Assembly (NCBI RefSeq): GCF_016432865.1
Contig: NC_067401.1
Coordinates: 387,748,001-387,812,000 of the forward strand
From: Antechinus flavipes
Lineage: Eukaryota
Length of the DNA stretch: 64,000 nucleotides
Direction: 5' to 3'
Shown: positions 26,666 through 39,756 of the stretch, one piece after another
How the letters are laid out: each line of letters begins with the position of its first letter
Position numbering within the stretch: position 1 is the stretch's first letter
The notes under the pieces: model-generated
Told to the model about the DNA's origin: nothing
Database searches by the model: none
The model's input: only the letters and a program-made list of their open reading frames with translations
Program-made: the position numbers and the translations under genes

Positions 26666-26750
26666 CTATTTATAACGGCCTAGAAACACAGGCCAGAAGG
26701 GACAATAGATGAGATGTGCTGAACAAAGCTCCAGCCTGTCTCCCCACCCC
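26666..26750 (-). promoter_or_regulatory. MEF2/TATA element with upstream CACCC box
   Basis: CTATTTATAA at 26666-26675 (minus TTATAAATAG) and ccccaccccc at ~26741, within a unique GC-richer island (26.3-27.2 kb). Confidence 0.35.
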
Positions 26751-27349
26751 CAGGTCCCCAGAGGCTTGCAGTCTAGTAGCCCAAATGGCCCAGGGTGTGA
26801 CCATACAATTCAGAGCAGACACTGCCCGGTCTGTAGGGTAGGTTCCCGATTCATGGTCCGCTGCTGCATGTGTCCCCTCCCCCTCATGGCCCTTGGGGTA
26901 CATGGCTGCTCAGGAAATGCCCCCCACTAGATGCCAGCATGATTAGCCCATTCTAGAGGCCAGTGTGCAGATGGCTGAGCAGCTGGCTTCTCATGGGTAC
27001 GCACAGTCGGGCTTGACTTTTCTCCTCCTTTGCCAGCTCTGGATGGGCCCCTCTGCCTGACCCAAGAAAGGCCATGATAATCACACTGTCAAGAGGAAAT
27101 GGATGTCTGAGTGGGGGTGAGCCAACTTTGAGGGAAGGAGGGATAATCTACAGCACTGTGGGGCACAATCATGCTTCATTAGCAAGGGTCCCTACACCAC
27201 CAGGAAGATTTAGGATGATGGAGACCAAATGTAGGTGGGAAATATCCTCCTCACCTTCTTTACTCATTCTCAGCCTACAGCAGCTCCCTACAAAGCAGAA
27301 AACCTCTGTTAATCATATGACAATGATTTCCACTATTTATTCCCTAAAG

Positions 27350-27548
27350 CAAGGACTTCTTAGCCTGCTTTGGGTCACAGACCCTTTGAGAGTCTCCTGA
27401 GATATACTGATCGCTTTTCAGAGTAAGGTTTTAAAATGTGTAAAATAAAATATGTAAAATAGCAGAGAATCAATTATACTGAAATATAGCTATCAAAATA
27501 TTCAACATTTAAAAAACCCAAATCACAGATCTCAGATTAGAATCTCTG
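27350..27548 (+). mobile_element. hAT-Charlie MITE (Chap1a/MER5B-like), degraded
   Basis: caaggacttcttagcc...gaccctttg...taaaataaaatatg...tatactgaaatatagctatcaaaata...attagaatctctg; exact family name uncertain. Confidence 0.55.
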
Positions 27549-29759
27549 CTACAAGGACCAGTTATGGGGAAAAAAAACAGGACATGTCACAACTAGGAGA
27601 GTGGGAGAGAAGCCTTGATGTTAGGAAGAAGTAGCTTCCAGCCCTGCCTCTGAGATCTACTACTAGAGACAGCCAGGTGACTCAGGGTTAAACCTGGAGC
27701 AAAGAAGAGTGATCTTATATAAGTCACTTAATCTCTTTCTGCCTCGGCTCCTTCTTCTGTAAAATGAAACAACTGAACCCAATGGCCTTTACAATGCTTT
27801 CCAGCTTTAATCCATGATCCTATGATTTTTATTCTCCTCAGTAAGACAGAATCACCCTGTAGAGAAGTGTTCTTTCTGGGTTGCTCTTTTAGGGCTTTTT
27901 AAGAGGTCCTCCCTCTCTGTATCAGTCCAGCCCTGCCATCAAAACCAAGCTTTTGTCTGGTTTGGGGAATGAGTATGGATTTAGTTAGACTGTCCACATC
28001 TCTTCCTCTGCTCTCCCTCCTCCCTTTTCTTTCGTCACTCAGAAGGTCCCTAGAGTGGCCTCTCTGGCTGCTGAAGGGAAGCAGGGAGATGACTCAGAGC
28101 TTCATGTGGTGTTAACTGATCCATTATTGAGATTTCATGCTTAAAAAAAAATAGGAAGCCGAGCATAAGTGGGTGGCAAAAACGAGAATCACGGGACTTC
28201 AAGGAGGGTGTATATATGGGGAGGCAAATTCTTGGTAAAGACAGAACAAATGAACACACAAGATGTGTCAGCACATTGTAAAATTAATGCCCCTAAATAT
28301 TAAATCCACTGTCTGCTATCAAATAACCAGTATTTATTAAACCTTCATTTTGAACCACTCATTGGACATGGAATACCAAAAATAAATAAATAAATAAAAC
28401 ACTTTTTGCCCACAAGGAGCTTATATTCTATCAGAGGAGAGAACAGGTACACATCTAAACATAATAAATATGAATAATACTACTAATAAACATACTAATA
28501 CTAAAAGTACTGATAAATAAAATTTGGGGAGAGATCAGGAAGTCTCCTGTAGGAGACAGGATGTGAACTCAGCTCTGAAGAGGGTAAGGATTCTAACACT
28601 CAGGTGTCAAGTGGGAGTGATTTTAGGCAGGGGGGGCAGCCTCTACAAAGACACGAGGTGGAAGATAAAGTACTTCATTAGTGGAACTATATGAGAAAAA
28701 GTGGGACAAAGATCATATGACAGGGAGTAATGTATATTGGAAAGGTAGCCAGGTTGGAAAGCTCCAGTACATAAAATAACTGGAGAGGGCCTAAAACAGA
28801 TTGCCTTTCCCCTCAAGTGTAACTAAATTGTATGAAAAGTCTCATAACAGGGGTCACAAAATAAATACTTATTTACTTTTTCTTGAAACGCTTCCATCTG
28901 AAAGGAATCACAGTATAAAGGGGATATTATAAAAAGCTCAGATAATTTTTGGGTTTTCAGGTCACAAAATCTTTTGGGGTTGAAACTCTGGGGTCCTTCA
29001 ATAATAATGCCTTGGGGGCCACAGGCAAAGGTGGTGCACTCCCTGGTGTAAATGAGACCCTAGACAGAGGGAATTGGGAGGGTCCCGCCATTCAGTGTTC
29101 TGTCAGCCCGGACCCCATTAGCATCAGAGCTGGCTGTTTATGCCCTCCCAGACTCACTGAACCTTCCTTCTCCCCTGGGACAGCTAAGTGTTTTATGGAG
29201 ATTAGGCAGGTCTCCCAGTCCCTCCCAGCTGGGTAGAAAGAGAGCTATGCAGACACATACATAACTGCTTACTAAGGCTGAGTAAATCCAGAAAAGAGGG
29301 GAGGGGCAAATGGAGGAGGGGGGACAGGCCTGACAGGAGGTCCTGACACAGCTATACAAGGCTGCTAAGGTGAGGCTATAGAAGACATCCTTCATTTCCA
29401 GAATTTGGGGGGAAAGTGGAGGATCAGAGCAGAGGAGATAAGGCAATCATCTGCCAGATTTGGGACCTTCCCTTAGCCTAAACAGAGGTGTCCTGGATCA
29501 GCTGTCTTGCTTCTCTTATAGCAAAGACAATAAGGGGAAAGTGGCTATCCCCAAATCTTTCAAAAGAGATTCTCCTCCTTGCCTTTCCACTCGACTATCT
29601 TTATTATAATAAACTGTAAGAAAAAATGCAACTACTACAGAAAACAAAATTATTTGTCACTGGAACATAGAGAGAGGCAACTATGGCATAGTGGGTAGAG
29701 CTGGCTTTGAAGTTAAGAAAAAATGCCTCTTATAATGGGCATGTGACCCTGTGCAAGTT

Positions 29760-30295
29760 ACTTTTTAAATTTTTATTTATTTTACTATTTATGGAATAAA
29801 ATAAGCATTTCCATAATCTAGTATAATAAAAAAAGATGACTACACATGAAACTACAAAGCTCTTATATATAACTTGCTATACCTCTTAAATATAAAATAA
29901 CCTTGTAAATTTCTTTTTTTTTCTTTTTTTTTTCCTCTCTCCCAATCCTAGAAATGGCACACAAATGTGTGTGTGTAAAATTATTCTAAGTGCTTCTATT
30001 TATCAATTCTTTATCTGGATGTAGATAGCATCTTCCTTCATATTTCCTTTGTAGTTTATTTGGGTATTTATAATAATCAAAATGACTTATTCACTCATAA
30101 ATGTTCTTAAAACAATATTGCCGTTGTGAGAGTGAGCATTCTCTTGGTTCTGCTCATTTCACTCTTCGTTATTTCACGTAAGCCTGTCCATGTTTTTCTA
30201 AGATCATCAAGCTCATCATTTCTTATGACACAATTTTATTCCAAATTATTTAATCCTTTAGTTTTTTAGGCAATTCTCTAATATAAATTGCTGAA
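29760..30295 (-). mobile_element. L1 3' UTR fragment
   Basis: tttatggaataaaataagcatttccataa...tctggatgtagatagc...cttggttctgctcatttcactc; same family as 59.6-60.1 kb. Confidence 0.75.
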
Positions 30296-30589
30296 AAGGT
30301 GCCTGCCCATAGCAGCAGAGGGATAGCTGGGATATATCACCTGGAAGTTCCCTATATCATTGAAATCATAGGGCTAGTCCCTCATTCAATTGGAGTGGAT
30401 AAACCCACTCATCTGGCTGTGCCCTGCTCCCTTCTCCTTGCCTCTCTAGATCCCCTTCCTCTTGTTATTAGTATCCTCAACTCAGCTGAATATCTTTCTC
30501 AAACATAAGATGGGTGGTTACTTCTTTAACTAGAAGCTTTAGTTGATCCTTATTGTTTTTAGGACAATTTGTTTTTTAGCAGCATTTAA

Positions 30590-31080
30590 AGCTTTTCATA
30601 TAAAGACTTGAAAGAGTTACATGAATTGATGCTGAGTGAAGTGAACAGAACCAGGAGAACATTGGACACAGTAACAGCAACATTATACAATGATCAGCTT
30701 TGATGGACTTGGATCTTCTCAACAAGGCAATTCCAATAAACTTATGATGGAAAATGCCATCCACATCCAAAGAGAGAACTATAGAGACTGACTGTGGATC
30801 AAAGCATAGTATTTTCACCTTCTGTTTGCTTTTTTCTTTCTCATGGTTTTTTGCCCTCTTTGGTCTGATTTTTCTTGTACAATATAACAAATATGGAAAT
30901 ACATTAAAAAGGATTCTACTTATTTAACCTATATCAGACTGCTTGCTATTTTGGGGAAGGGGGAAATAAGGGTGGGAGGGAGAAATTTTTAGAATACAAA
31001 GTCTTACAAAAATAAATGTTGAAAACTATCTTTACATATATTTGAAAATAAACTTTTGAGGAAAAAAACATTTAAAAAAA
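30590..31080 (+). mobile_element. L1 3' UTR fragment
   Basis: ttacatgaattgatgctgagtgaagtgaacagaaccaggagaacattg...aataaatgttgaaaactatc, then A tail. Confidence 0.85.
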
Positions 31081-32676
31081 GCTTTTAAAGTACCGCCTAC
31101 CTTTCCAAATTTATTTCATGTAATTGCCTTGGTAAACTCCCCTTTCTGAGTGCTGAGGTTATCTATCTGTCACCTCTGGGTCTTTACATAGTGATGTTTC
31201 CTCATGCCTTATGCCTTCTCACTTCTGAATCTTACAAGATTGCTTCAAGGCTCATCTCAACCTCCATGCCCTGCAAAATCCCTGAAATACCTAAATTGTT
31301 AGTGTTTTCTCTCTTTTTATATAATTATACAAATTGATCCAAAAGTCTTAATGTTATTTTGAACTTTAAAAGCACTAAGACCTTGGGGGCTTTTAAGTGT
31401 CTGAGGCTGGATTTGAATTCAGATCTTCCTAATTTCAGGCTCAGCACTTTCTCCATGGTACCAGTACTGTGTACTTAGCCACAAAGTACCGGAATTGGAG
31501 ACACTGAGGGTTGCCTAGTCAATGGTCCCCAGTGAAAAATCAGCAGAGTGACAGAACTCCTACTTCCAGTCTCACTGATTCTTGGCTTTGATGACGAGGA
31601 ATCTGCTACCTTGTATAAATGGGTTTCAAACCTGCTGAGCTCCCCTGGTTTGGGATGAGTTTGGGAGATTGAGATTCATCTACATGGGAATAAGAATTTT
31701 ATCTTGGACGCTGACTTCCCTCGGGAGTGGTTTATGCCTTGAATAAGTCATGTTAATTCTCTCAATGGCCTGACTTTGTCAGCTACAAACAGTCCTAATG
31801 AAAGAAATGTTAGAATGCTGGATCTCAATACATAGTCTCAGAGTCCTTTGAAGTGGGGAACATCTTGTTATTAGTGGGCTTGTGCCAGGCCAGATGCATT
31901 TAGTAACTTTAAATTTTCTTCTATGGGATTTTGTCTTATATTAAAAAGAAAGCAAATGAATTTGGAAGAATGCATATGTGACTTGGATATGGCACTCAGT
32001 GGTGTCTCAGAATGGCTCAGGGTTCAGTCACCCTGCTTCTTTTCACATCTCAGGAAACACAGGAAACAGGGTATCAAAATTCCTGCCACCTCAGAGGAAA
32101 CTGGAATGTCCTCACAAGGCCTGAGTCAGCCTTCTTGGTAGGTCAAGGGAACAGATTAGATTTGGGAGACTGGGAAATTCTGGGTTCTTGTGGTAATCTT
32201 TAGAATTTACTGTTACTTTACACATACACATGTATGTATATATGTATATGTATATATATATGTTTTAGGTTCATTTCTACATATAAATATGTGTGTATCC
32301 ATGAGAATACAGGAAGGAAAATGTTTTTAATTATTGTTCTATGATGAGTAGAGTTTAAAAAAAAAAAGACTGAAAAGGTGGTCCTTTTGCCAAGTGTTGC
32401 TCCACTTTTGAGTTCTCAATGTTCCTTCTATCCAGAGGCACTAGGGGTAAGTGATTGATTTCTATGGAAAAACTGTAGTTCTTTTCCTTGCTGAGTTTCT
32501 GCTCCTCCCTTGGTTAGTAACATTTGCTCCTAGGTAACATCTGCAGAGATTTCTATATGAGAAGCACCAGGGACATAGCTAAGTATCAACCATCACTGCT
32601 TATATCATTCAGCACTATTCAATTTCAAATAGGACTTTAAAGTGGAATCTTCATAAGAAATGAAGAAACGGAGAAT

Positions 32677-33160
32677 NNNNNNNNNNNNNNNNNNNNNNNN
32701 NNNNNNNNNNNNNNNNNNNNNNNNNNNNNNNNNNNNNNNNNNNNNNNNNNNNNNNNNNNNNNNNNNNNNNNNNNNNNNNNNNNNNNNNNNNNNNNNNNNN
32801 NNNNNNNNNNNAGAGACAGGGAGAAAGAGAAACAGAGACAAAGAGAGAAAGTCAGAGGGAGAGAGCAAGAGTGAGGGAGAGTGGGGAGGGAGAGAGAAAG
32901 AGAGAAAAAGGGGGTGAAAGGGACGGAATGAGAGAAAGAAAGAGAGGCAGAAAGACAGAGGGAGAGGAAGAGGGAGTGAAGAAGAGGAAGGAGGGAAAGA
33001 AAGAGAAAGAGAAAGGGTGGAAAGGAGAGAATGAGAGAGGGGAGGAGGAAGAAGGGAAAGAGAGAAAAAATATAGAGAGAATATATATAAATACTACACA
33101 CATATACATACACATACATATATGTGTACATATATGTACATATACATATATAAGTATATA
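32677..33160. repeat. N-run (32677-32811), GA-rich polypurine tract, then (TA/CA)n
   Basis: Seen directly; explains the low-complexity ORFs here. Confidence 0.95.
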
Positions 33161-35514
33161 TAAGAATTTTTCAGGCACACAGACAAGAGACCCTCTTAGG
33201 ATAGGGTGTTCCTTTTCTTTTAAGGCAGAGTTAAAGGGGACCCCAGAGGCTTCCTCCAGAGGATGTGGGCTTGCTGGGTTGGGAGTGGGGGAGGATTAGA
33301 CAAGAAAAGGAAAAACAATACTTTAGTTTCCCTCAGAGGCTCCCTAAGGAGACTAAACTCCCTGCCTGAGAAACCCAGAACCCAGATAATGCCAAAATGT
33401 TTGAAGCTGGCCAGGGTCCAAGTGGTTTTTCCTTCTCAAACTGAAGAGTGGTAACCTTGCTTCAGACCAGGTTTCACAAAATAAAATAAAAGACGAAACT
33501 AGATGGTTCACCATCAACTCTTGGGTTAAACCCTGAAGTTGGGGGCCTTGAGGGTTCCTGGGGATTGAGAATGACAATTTTTTTGAGCTAGAAAGGACCT
33601 CAGAGATCATCTACTCTAAATTCTTCAGTTTACAGATGAAGGTTTCTGTAGGTTTCTAAGTTTCTAGACTGGTCTAGAAAGAGGAAGTAACTTAGCCAAG
33701 ATCATACAGTAAATTAATGAGTAAGTTAGTAAGTAGTGAGTTTCTCTCTGTTTAGGTAAATGAAGATCTCAAAGCATCTTCCAACTATATCTGACAATAG
33801 CAAGTTTCCCCATTCTCCTTTTGTGTAAAGAAAAAACAAGATATAAAATATATAAATAGCACCCTTCAAGTTACTCAGAGTGTTAGTAATAACACAGAGG
33901 CAGTGGGCTATAGGAAAAAAAGCTTTGGATTTAACATCAGAACTGTTTGGGTTCATTTTTGGCATCAGACACCACTAGCTTCATGACCTTAGCCAAGTCA
34001 TTTAGCTTCTTTAAGCCTCGGTTTCCTCATCTATAGAACAGGGATAACAACAGCACCTAACTACCAAGGTTATAATGACAAGCAAGTCTGCCCTTTGTAA
34101 ACCATAAAGCATTATGTAAAAATGAGGTAGTATACATCTAAATAGAGAAGTCTTGAACAATCCAGATTTCCCCTTAGAAACCAATGCTGGAAACAAATAC
34201 AACTGCAAAGAACATCTTTTTTAAGGGGGATGTTGATGGTGGTACAGTTCTGCTGTGACAGTTTCCCTGTACCTTCCAACCCAAACTGAACCCCACAAAA
34301 CAGAAGTGAACAAAATACAAACTTTCTGACCCAAATCAAGACACTTGACAGGTACAGTTTAACAAAGCTTTAACACTGCTTTTCTAGATCCTTGGACAAA
34401 GGGAAATCAATGACCCTGACAAAGATTTCTAAATTGTGGAGTCCTAGTCAATTCCCTCACTCTGATACAAGCATCTCTTGTGTGATGTGCTGCACTTCTA
34501 CCACAAGTGAAATCTGGAGGTGAGATCCTTGGTGCTGGATAGTCTCAAGACATGAGCAAAGGAAAGAAAAGTAAGGCTCTTGTTTGTAAAGCAGCCGTGT
34601 GTAAGTCATTCTCGGCCTTAAGTTCCAATGAGCCAATGGCATCTCGATTCATTGAAACAGGAAGCAAGATAAACAACATATTATCAGCAAGGAGATGGAG
34701 TTGATTCCCGTATTCCTAGGACGCCAGCCAGCTGAGCCCAGCGAATGTCCTAGCAAAGCCTGCTTTCCCCACCAGCTGATGTTCTTGGATTCAGCTCTGG
34801 GGAACAAGGTTCCCTCTTTTCTGGGTAAACTGACTCATTGTCTCCCTCCTTCCCCCCAAATTCTTCCTTTCCACATTTGTTCTATGTAAGGTTTAGCTGG
34901 CTTTTTTTTTTTTTTTGTCACCCTCCCCTTTCCCTTCCAGGATCTAAATCTCTAGAATTATCCTCTAATAAACTCCACTCCCCCACGAGTTTCCTCAAGT
35001 CCCAGACAGCAAATATTTGGTGGGCTAAGAGTAGGAGGGAATTGATACCAGAAAGAAAAGCAGCAGAATAAAAAGCAGAAACCATCACAGAGAAGCTGAA
35101 AGATTGGGGAATGTGTCCTGGCCCAATCCAAAGGACTTGACAGGAGGCAAATTCTAAAACACCCTACAAAGTCACCTGCCCAGGGCCTCCCCCTCTAACA
35201 TCCCCCTTTTCCATCCCTTCTGTTACAACTAGTCAGCAACTAGGCAACAAGCTAGAAAGAGTTCAGTGGCATTGGGAGCTTTAAGGATGGGAGTTGTAGA
35301 TGTGGGAATAGAGTGTAGGAAATATAATACTTTATATTTTGCTTTGAGTCGACTCTCACAGAAGCTCAAAATACTTATATATGTATCAGACCGAGGTGGA
35401 AAAACATAGTTCTAAAGTTGACTGTTTTAATAAGAGCCAATATAGGCTATGTTTGATGAGTTTGTTGTCAGGCTTTACATCTATAGCTTTCTATGCTTAT
35501 TATATAAACTGCCT

Positions 35515-35615
35515 CTGTCTCTGTTTCTCTCAGTGTCTGTCTCTGTCTGCTTGTCTGTCTCTCTAAGTCTGTCTGTCTCTTGTCATTCTGTCTCGTCTCT
35601 TTCTCTGTCTCTGAC
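35515..35615. repeat. Degenerate (CT/CTGT)n microsatellite
   Basis: ctctgtctctgtttctctcagtgtctgtctctg... Confidence 0.9.
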
Positions 35616-35679
35616 TCCCCCTCCCAGTTCTCTCACCAGTAGGCAAATCTCTTCTCTCTGCCAAGCCAGCCCCTACCCA

Positions 35680-36440
35680 AGCTCGGACACTGCCCATCAG
35701 CCTCAGCTGGAACCCCAAGTGTCAGACCTCTCGGATTCTTCCGCGAGCCACCAACCCCAACAAGCCGGTGGTGACTCAGATGCCGGGACCTTCCGAGCCC
35801 AGTCAGCCAAATGGCAGGGAAGCCACTCACCGCGGTTCGGCTCCGTCCTCCAGGTCCGCTTATGCATCCCGGTGGGAGCTGCCCATCTTCCAGAGGCAGA
35901 TCTCGTCCGCTCCCCGAGCTGCCCCACGACGTTCCCTCGCGCCTCACAAAGTTTGTTCAGGGGCTCCCCCTGGCCGCCAGAGCCGGCCCCCTGAGCCGAA
36001 GTGCGGCCGGAGGCGGCTGCCTGCGTCCTTGTCCTAGTCCTCCTTCTCCCCCTCCTCCTCTTCCTCTCCGAGCCCTCTCACAGAGCCAGCAGCGGGCTGT
36101 GCCTCCACAATGGGTACGGCAGCATCCTGAACAAAGTGCGGTCCCCCGGGATCCCCCGGCGAGGAGGTGGAGCCATGTGACCCGCTGCCCCCGAGGCACA
36201 CGCCAGCCCTTTATTCTGCTGGCTTAGGGGAGGGTGGGTGTGCCAGGCCACTGCCGGGATGGGAGGAGATAGAGGGGTGGAGGAAGGGAGGGAAGAAGGG
36301 GGACTTCTCTGTTTTGGATCCCCCCACCCCCGCCCCGTGCCAGTTTAACCCGCAGAGGGGCGGAGGCATGGGTCCCTTCCAGACTTTGTCATTGGAAAGC
36401 TATTCCCAGTAACTCTTTCTTGCCTTCTCCACGCCCCTCC
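35680..36440. promoter_or_regulatory. CpG island promoter
   Basis: The only strongly GC- and CpG-rich block in the window; GC box ccccgcccc (36328-36336), CCACGCCCC (~36430), USF-like GTCACATGG (minus, ~36173-36181), G-runs at 36228-36302. Confidence 0.85.
35831..36190 (-). other. First exon of an unidentified gene (mainly 5' UTR; start approximate)
   Basis: Strong donor CCGCG|GTGAGT at 35831/35830 inside the island, followed on the minus strand by intronic G-runs. ATG 35867 (MHKRTWRTEPNR) is open to the donor in phase 1, but I do not recognise the peptide. Confidence 0.7.
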
Positions 36441-37529
36441 CTTTGCCCCTCCCCCCACCCCAGATCCCCATCTCTCCTCTCTCCCAGAAGTAGAAAGAAC
36501 AACTCTTTGGTGGTGTGGCTCAGGTTCCTTACTGGCCAGAGCAGGAAACCTTTACACAAATGAGGTTTTCCTTGGCTCATTGATCCTCCTTCCTTCCTTA
36601 GTGCCCCTTTCCTCATATCACCACATCCTCCTTCCTTCCCCCACCCCCAACTCCAACTCTGCATGTGATGTTCTTGATTTCTTGGGACAAAATGGAAAAA
36701 GAGTCCCAGGATGCTTATTTCTCCTTCAATGACCCTTCATAGGATCTTAGATCTTAGTCACAATAGATGTCTTAGACATTTGACAGATTCGGAAATCGAG
36801 GTCGGGGAAGTTAAAGGACTTGCCCAATGTCATACAGATAGCATCAGGAGTGCGATTTGAAACTTTCACTTCTTTCCCCATCCCCAACAACAAAATCAGA
36901 ACTATTTTCTTGGGGATTGAGCTTCGTTATCACGATGCTTCCCCATCTCTTCAGCAGAATGAATTACTGAACTGAGACCTGGTCAATCAGAAAACGAGCA
37001 TTTATCAAGCATCTACTCTGTGCCGGCATTATTCTCTGTTCCTCATGTTGCTGCCTTACCTTTACGCAGAAGAGTGGGGAAAGCACTGGATAGGAAAAGA
37101 GGTCTAGGTTCTAGTATTCGTTCTGTCACGAACAACCATGAGGCTTTGGGGAAAACAAAATCTCTCTGAGCCTCAGTTTCTTCATCTGAGGTGCTTGGAA
37201 TCTTCCAACTCCAACAAAGTCTGTTAAGTCATCAGAGCTGGAAGTGACTTTACAGATCAACAGGTTCATCTCTTAGAGTAAGGCGAATGTAGTGTTATTT
37301 GCCCAAGATCATTCAAAGCAATGAGAAGCAGGACTGAGATGTGAACTCAGGTCTCCCAACTCTGCTATACCTTGTTGCTATACCTTAGCTTATCCTACCT
37401 CACGAAGGGTTTGGTAAGTGGGAGACTAGGGGAAAGTAGAAAAAAAGGGCAATAGGAGAGCAAGAATGAGTAAGGGGAGAGATTGGAGAATAGAATCAAA
37501 GAAGTTTTGAGTTCCATGGTATCTTAGAG

Positions 37530-37807
37530 CAAAGCTTCTTAAATATGGGTTGGGATCCCACATGGGGTCATGTAACTGAATGTGGGAACATGAAGTTATG
37601 ATTTATTAGCAGTAAATATTTGANNNNNNNNNNNNNNNNNNNNNNNNNNNNNNNNNNNNNNNNNNNNNNNNNNNNNNNNNNNNNNNNNNNNNNNNNNNNN
37701 NNNNNNNNNNNNNNNNNNNNNNNNNNNNNNNNNNNNNNNNNNNNNNNNNNNNNNNNNNNTTTTCAGATGAAAAGGGATCAGGAGTGGAAAAAGTTTAAGA
37801 AGCTGTG
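37530..37807 (-). mobile_element. hAT MITE (same family as 18537-18719) containing N-run 37624-37759
   Basis: caaagcttcttaaat ... ggaaaaagtttaagaagctgtg; flanks tcttagag / ctttagag. Confidence 0.8.
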
Positions 37808-38114
37808 CTTTAGAGATTGTTTAATTCAGCCTCCTACCCAAAGCAGCAATCTCCTTAATAGCATCTGTGACAGCTGGTTATTAAGCTTCTGCATGAAGAA
37901 GACAGTGGGGCAGAAAGGGGGGAAGGTAGCCTTCCCTCCTAGACATCTCTATATAAAGCTTTTAGTTCTACAAAATAAAGATGGGACATTAGCTGAGCTC
38001 ACAAACCTGGCCATTGGGAATAGAGAATATCAGAATTCAAGAGTTGGACTTCTAGGGTTGTTTCCACACTTGCATGTGTGTATTAAAGGTGAGTTGGGGA
38101 GGAAATAATAATAG

Positions 38115-38360
38115 GAAAAAATAAATACTGGATTGAGAGTCAGAAAGATCTGATTCAAATATGACTTCTAAATACTTATTACCATGTGACTTTTTATTTA
38201 ACATTTGTTTACCTCAGTTACCTCATCTGTAAAGTGGGAATAATAATAGCATCTACCTCCCAGGGTTGTTATAGGGATCAAATAAAATAACAATTGTGAA
38301 AATGCTTATTGTAGTGCCTGGTACATATTAAATGCTATGTAAACACATTATTATTATGAT
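38115..38360 (+). mobile_element. MIR/CORE-SINE
   Basis: cctcagttacctcatctgtaaagtgggaataataatagcatctacctcccagggttgtt. Confidence 0.85.
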
Positions 38361-39756
38361 GATTATATTTTCTGTGAGTTCTTCAAGCACATTCTAGGCC
38401 AGGTCCTCTTTGAGAGTGAAGGACAAACAACAAGGCCAGATCCAGAGTCTGGAGCAGAGCCAAGATGAAAAGCCTGGAGTCCTCACTGCTAATCCCAACC
38501 AAGCCACTTATCTTATTGGAGAGTTGAAAAGATTTATTTCCAAATAAGAGCATGGTGCTAGAGACATTGGTTTAGTGCCAGCATGGGCAAAGCAAGTTGT
38601 TCTTTAAAAATAATTTTCACTTAAGAGGAACATTATTTTGTGCTTTGTTGTTGTTTTTCCTTGTATAGAGTGAGAGACAAGAAAGAGACAAACATAGCAA
38701 AAAGGAGTCCCTTATTTTATGATCATTGAACTAAAACAAAACGGTCTTAGGTCTGTGGTTCAATAGAGCACTGGACCAAGAGTTAGGAATGTTTCCGTTC
38801 AAATCCAGAGAGACCCTGGGAAAGCCACTTAACCTACCTTAATCTCAATTACAAAATGGGGGTGATAATAGCACCTACTTCCCAAGTCTATTGTGCGATC
38901 AAATAAGATAATATTTGTAAAGTTCTTACCACAATGCCTGGCACATGGTAGATATTTAACAAAGAAATTCATGAAAAAAAAGAAGGAAATCCTTATTTCC
39001 TTCTCTTTTCATAAGTTTCTTTGTCGATTCTATAGCATTCATTGTCAGTTTAACAACTATAAAAATCCCACATGATGCTCTCCATATAACATAACTAGTT
39101 TAAATATGGTTAAATAAACATAACTAGTTTAGATGGTTTAAGTGATTTGCATATCTGTCAGAGCTAGAATTCAAATTTAGGACTCTAGCCTCCAATATTC
39201 TACTGCCTGGGCAAAAAGAGAGAAACCTAGATAACATTACCTGACTGAGATCCATTCCTTCCAAGTAGCAAATAATTTTGAGAAGCCTAGCAATTTTTCT
39301 AAGAATAGAATCCTGAAAATGAATAAATCAGGGATAACTAGATTAGCCAAAGGGAACTTAGATAATAGGGATAGACAGGGTGCTCAGAACTAAGCCTACA
39401 TGTACCACTAATAAAGACTGGGTATAGATTCCCTCCCATCATATTCCTATGTTTCTCCTTTTGCAATCCTGGGATCTTTAATGTATAATCTATCTAATTT
39501 GTCTATTTATAATATGTAGATAATAATAACAAATATAAATATAAAACATAGTTTAAATAAGTAAATGTAATAAATAGATAATATCATCTATTTGTAATCT
39601 ATCTAATTTAATCTATAATAACAGCCTGAATTTATTTCAAGATTTACAAAGAACACTAGGAGACTATGAATACAAATGAACATAACTATCTGACATCAGA
39701 GAAATTAAACATTCTCTTTACTTAGACTGTTCACCTTTCAAGAAGACCACTGTCTT

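Noticed and set aside
32605-33299. Long E/R/K/G-rich and L/S/F/P-rich ORFs (similar ones at 41, 43, 45, 46-47 and 48-49 kb)
   Set aside because: Artefacts of GA microsatellites and N-runs
34462-34544. Possible 83-nt minus-strand exon (pyrimidine tract, AGA|GTGAGG donor)
   Set aside because: Only moderate splice sites and no recognisable peptide; not enough support
35449-36227. 138-181 aa ORFs over the CpG island
   Set aside because: Stop-poor GC-rich and CT-repeat sequence gives long ORFs on both strands; no homology recognised
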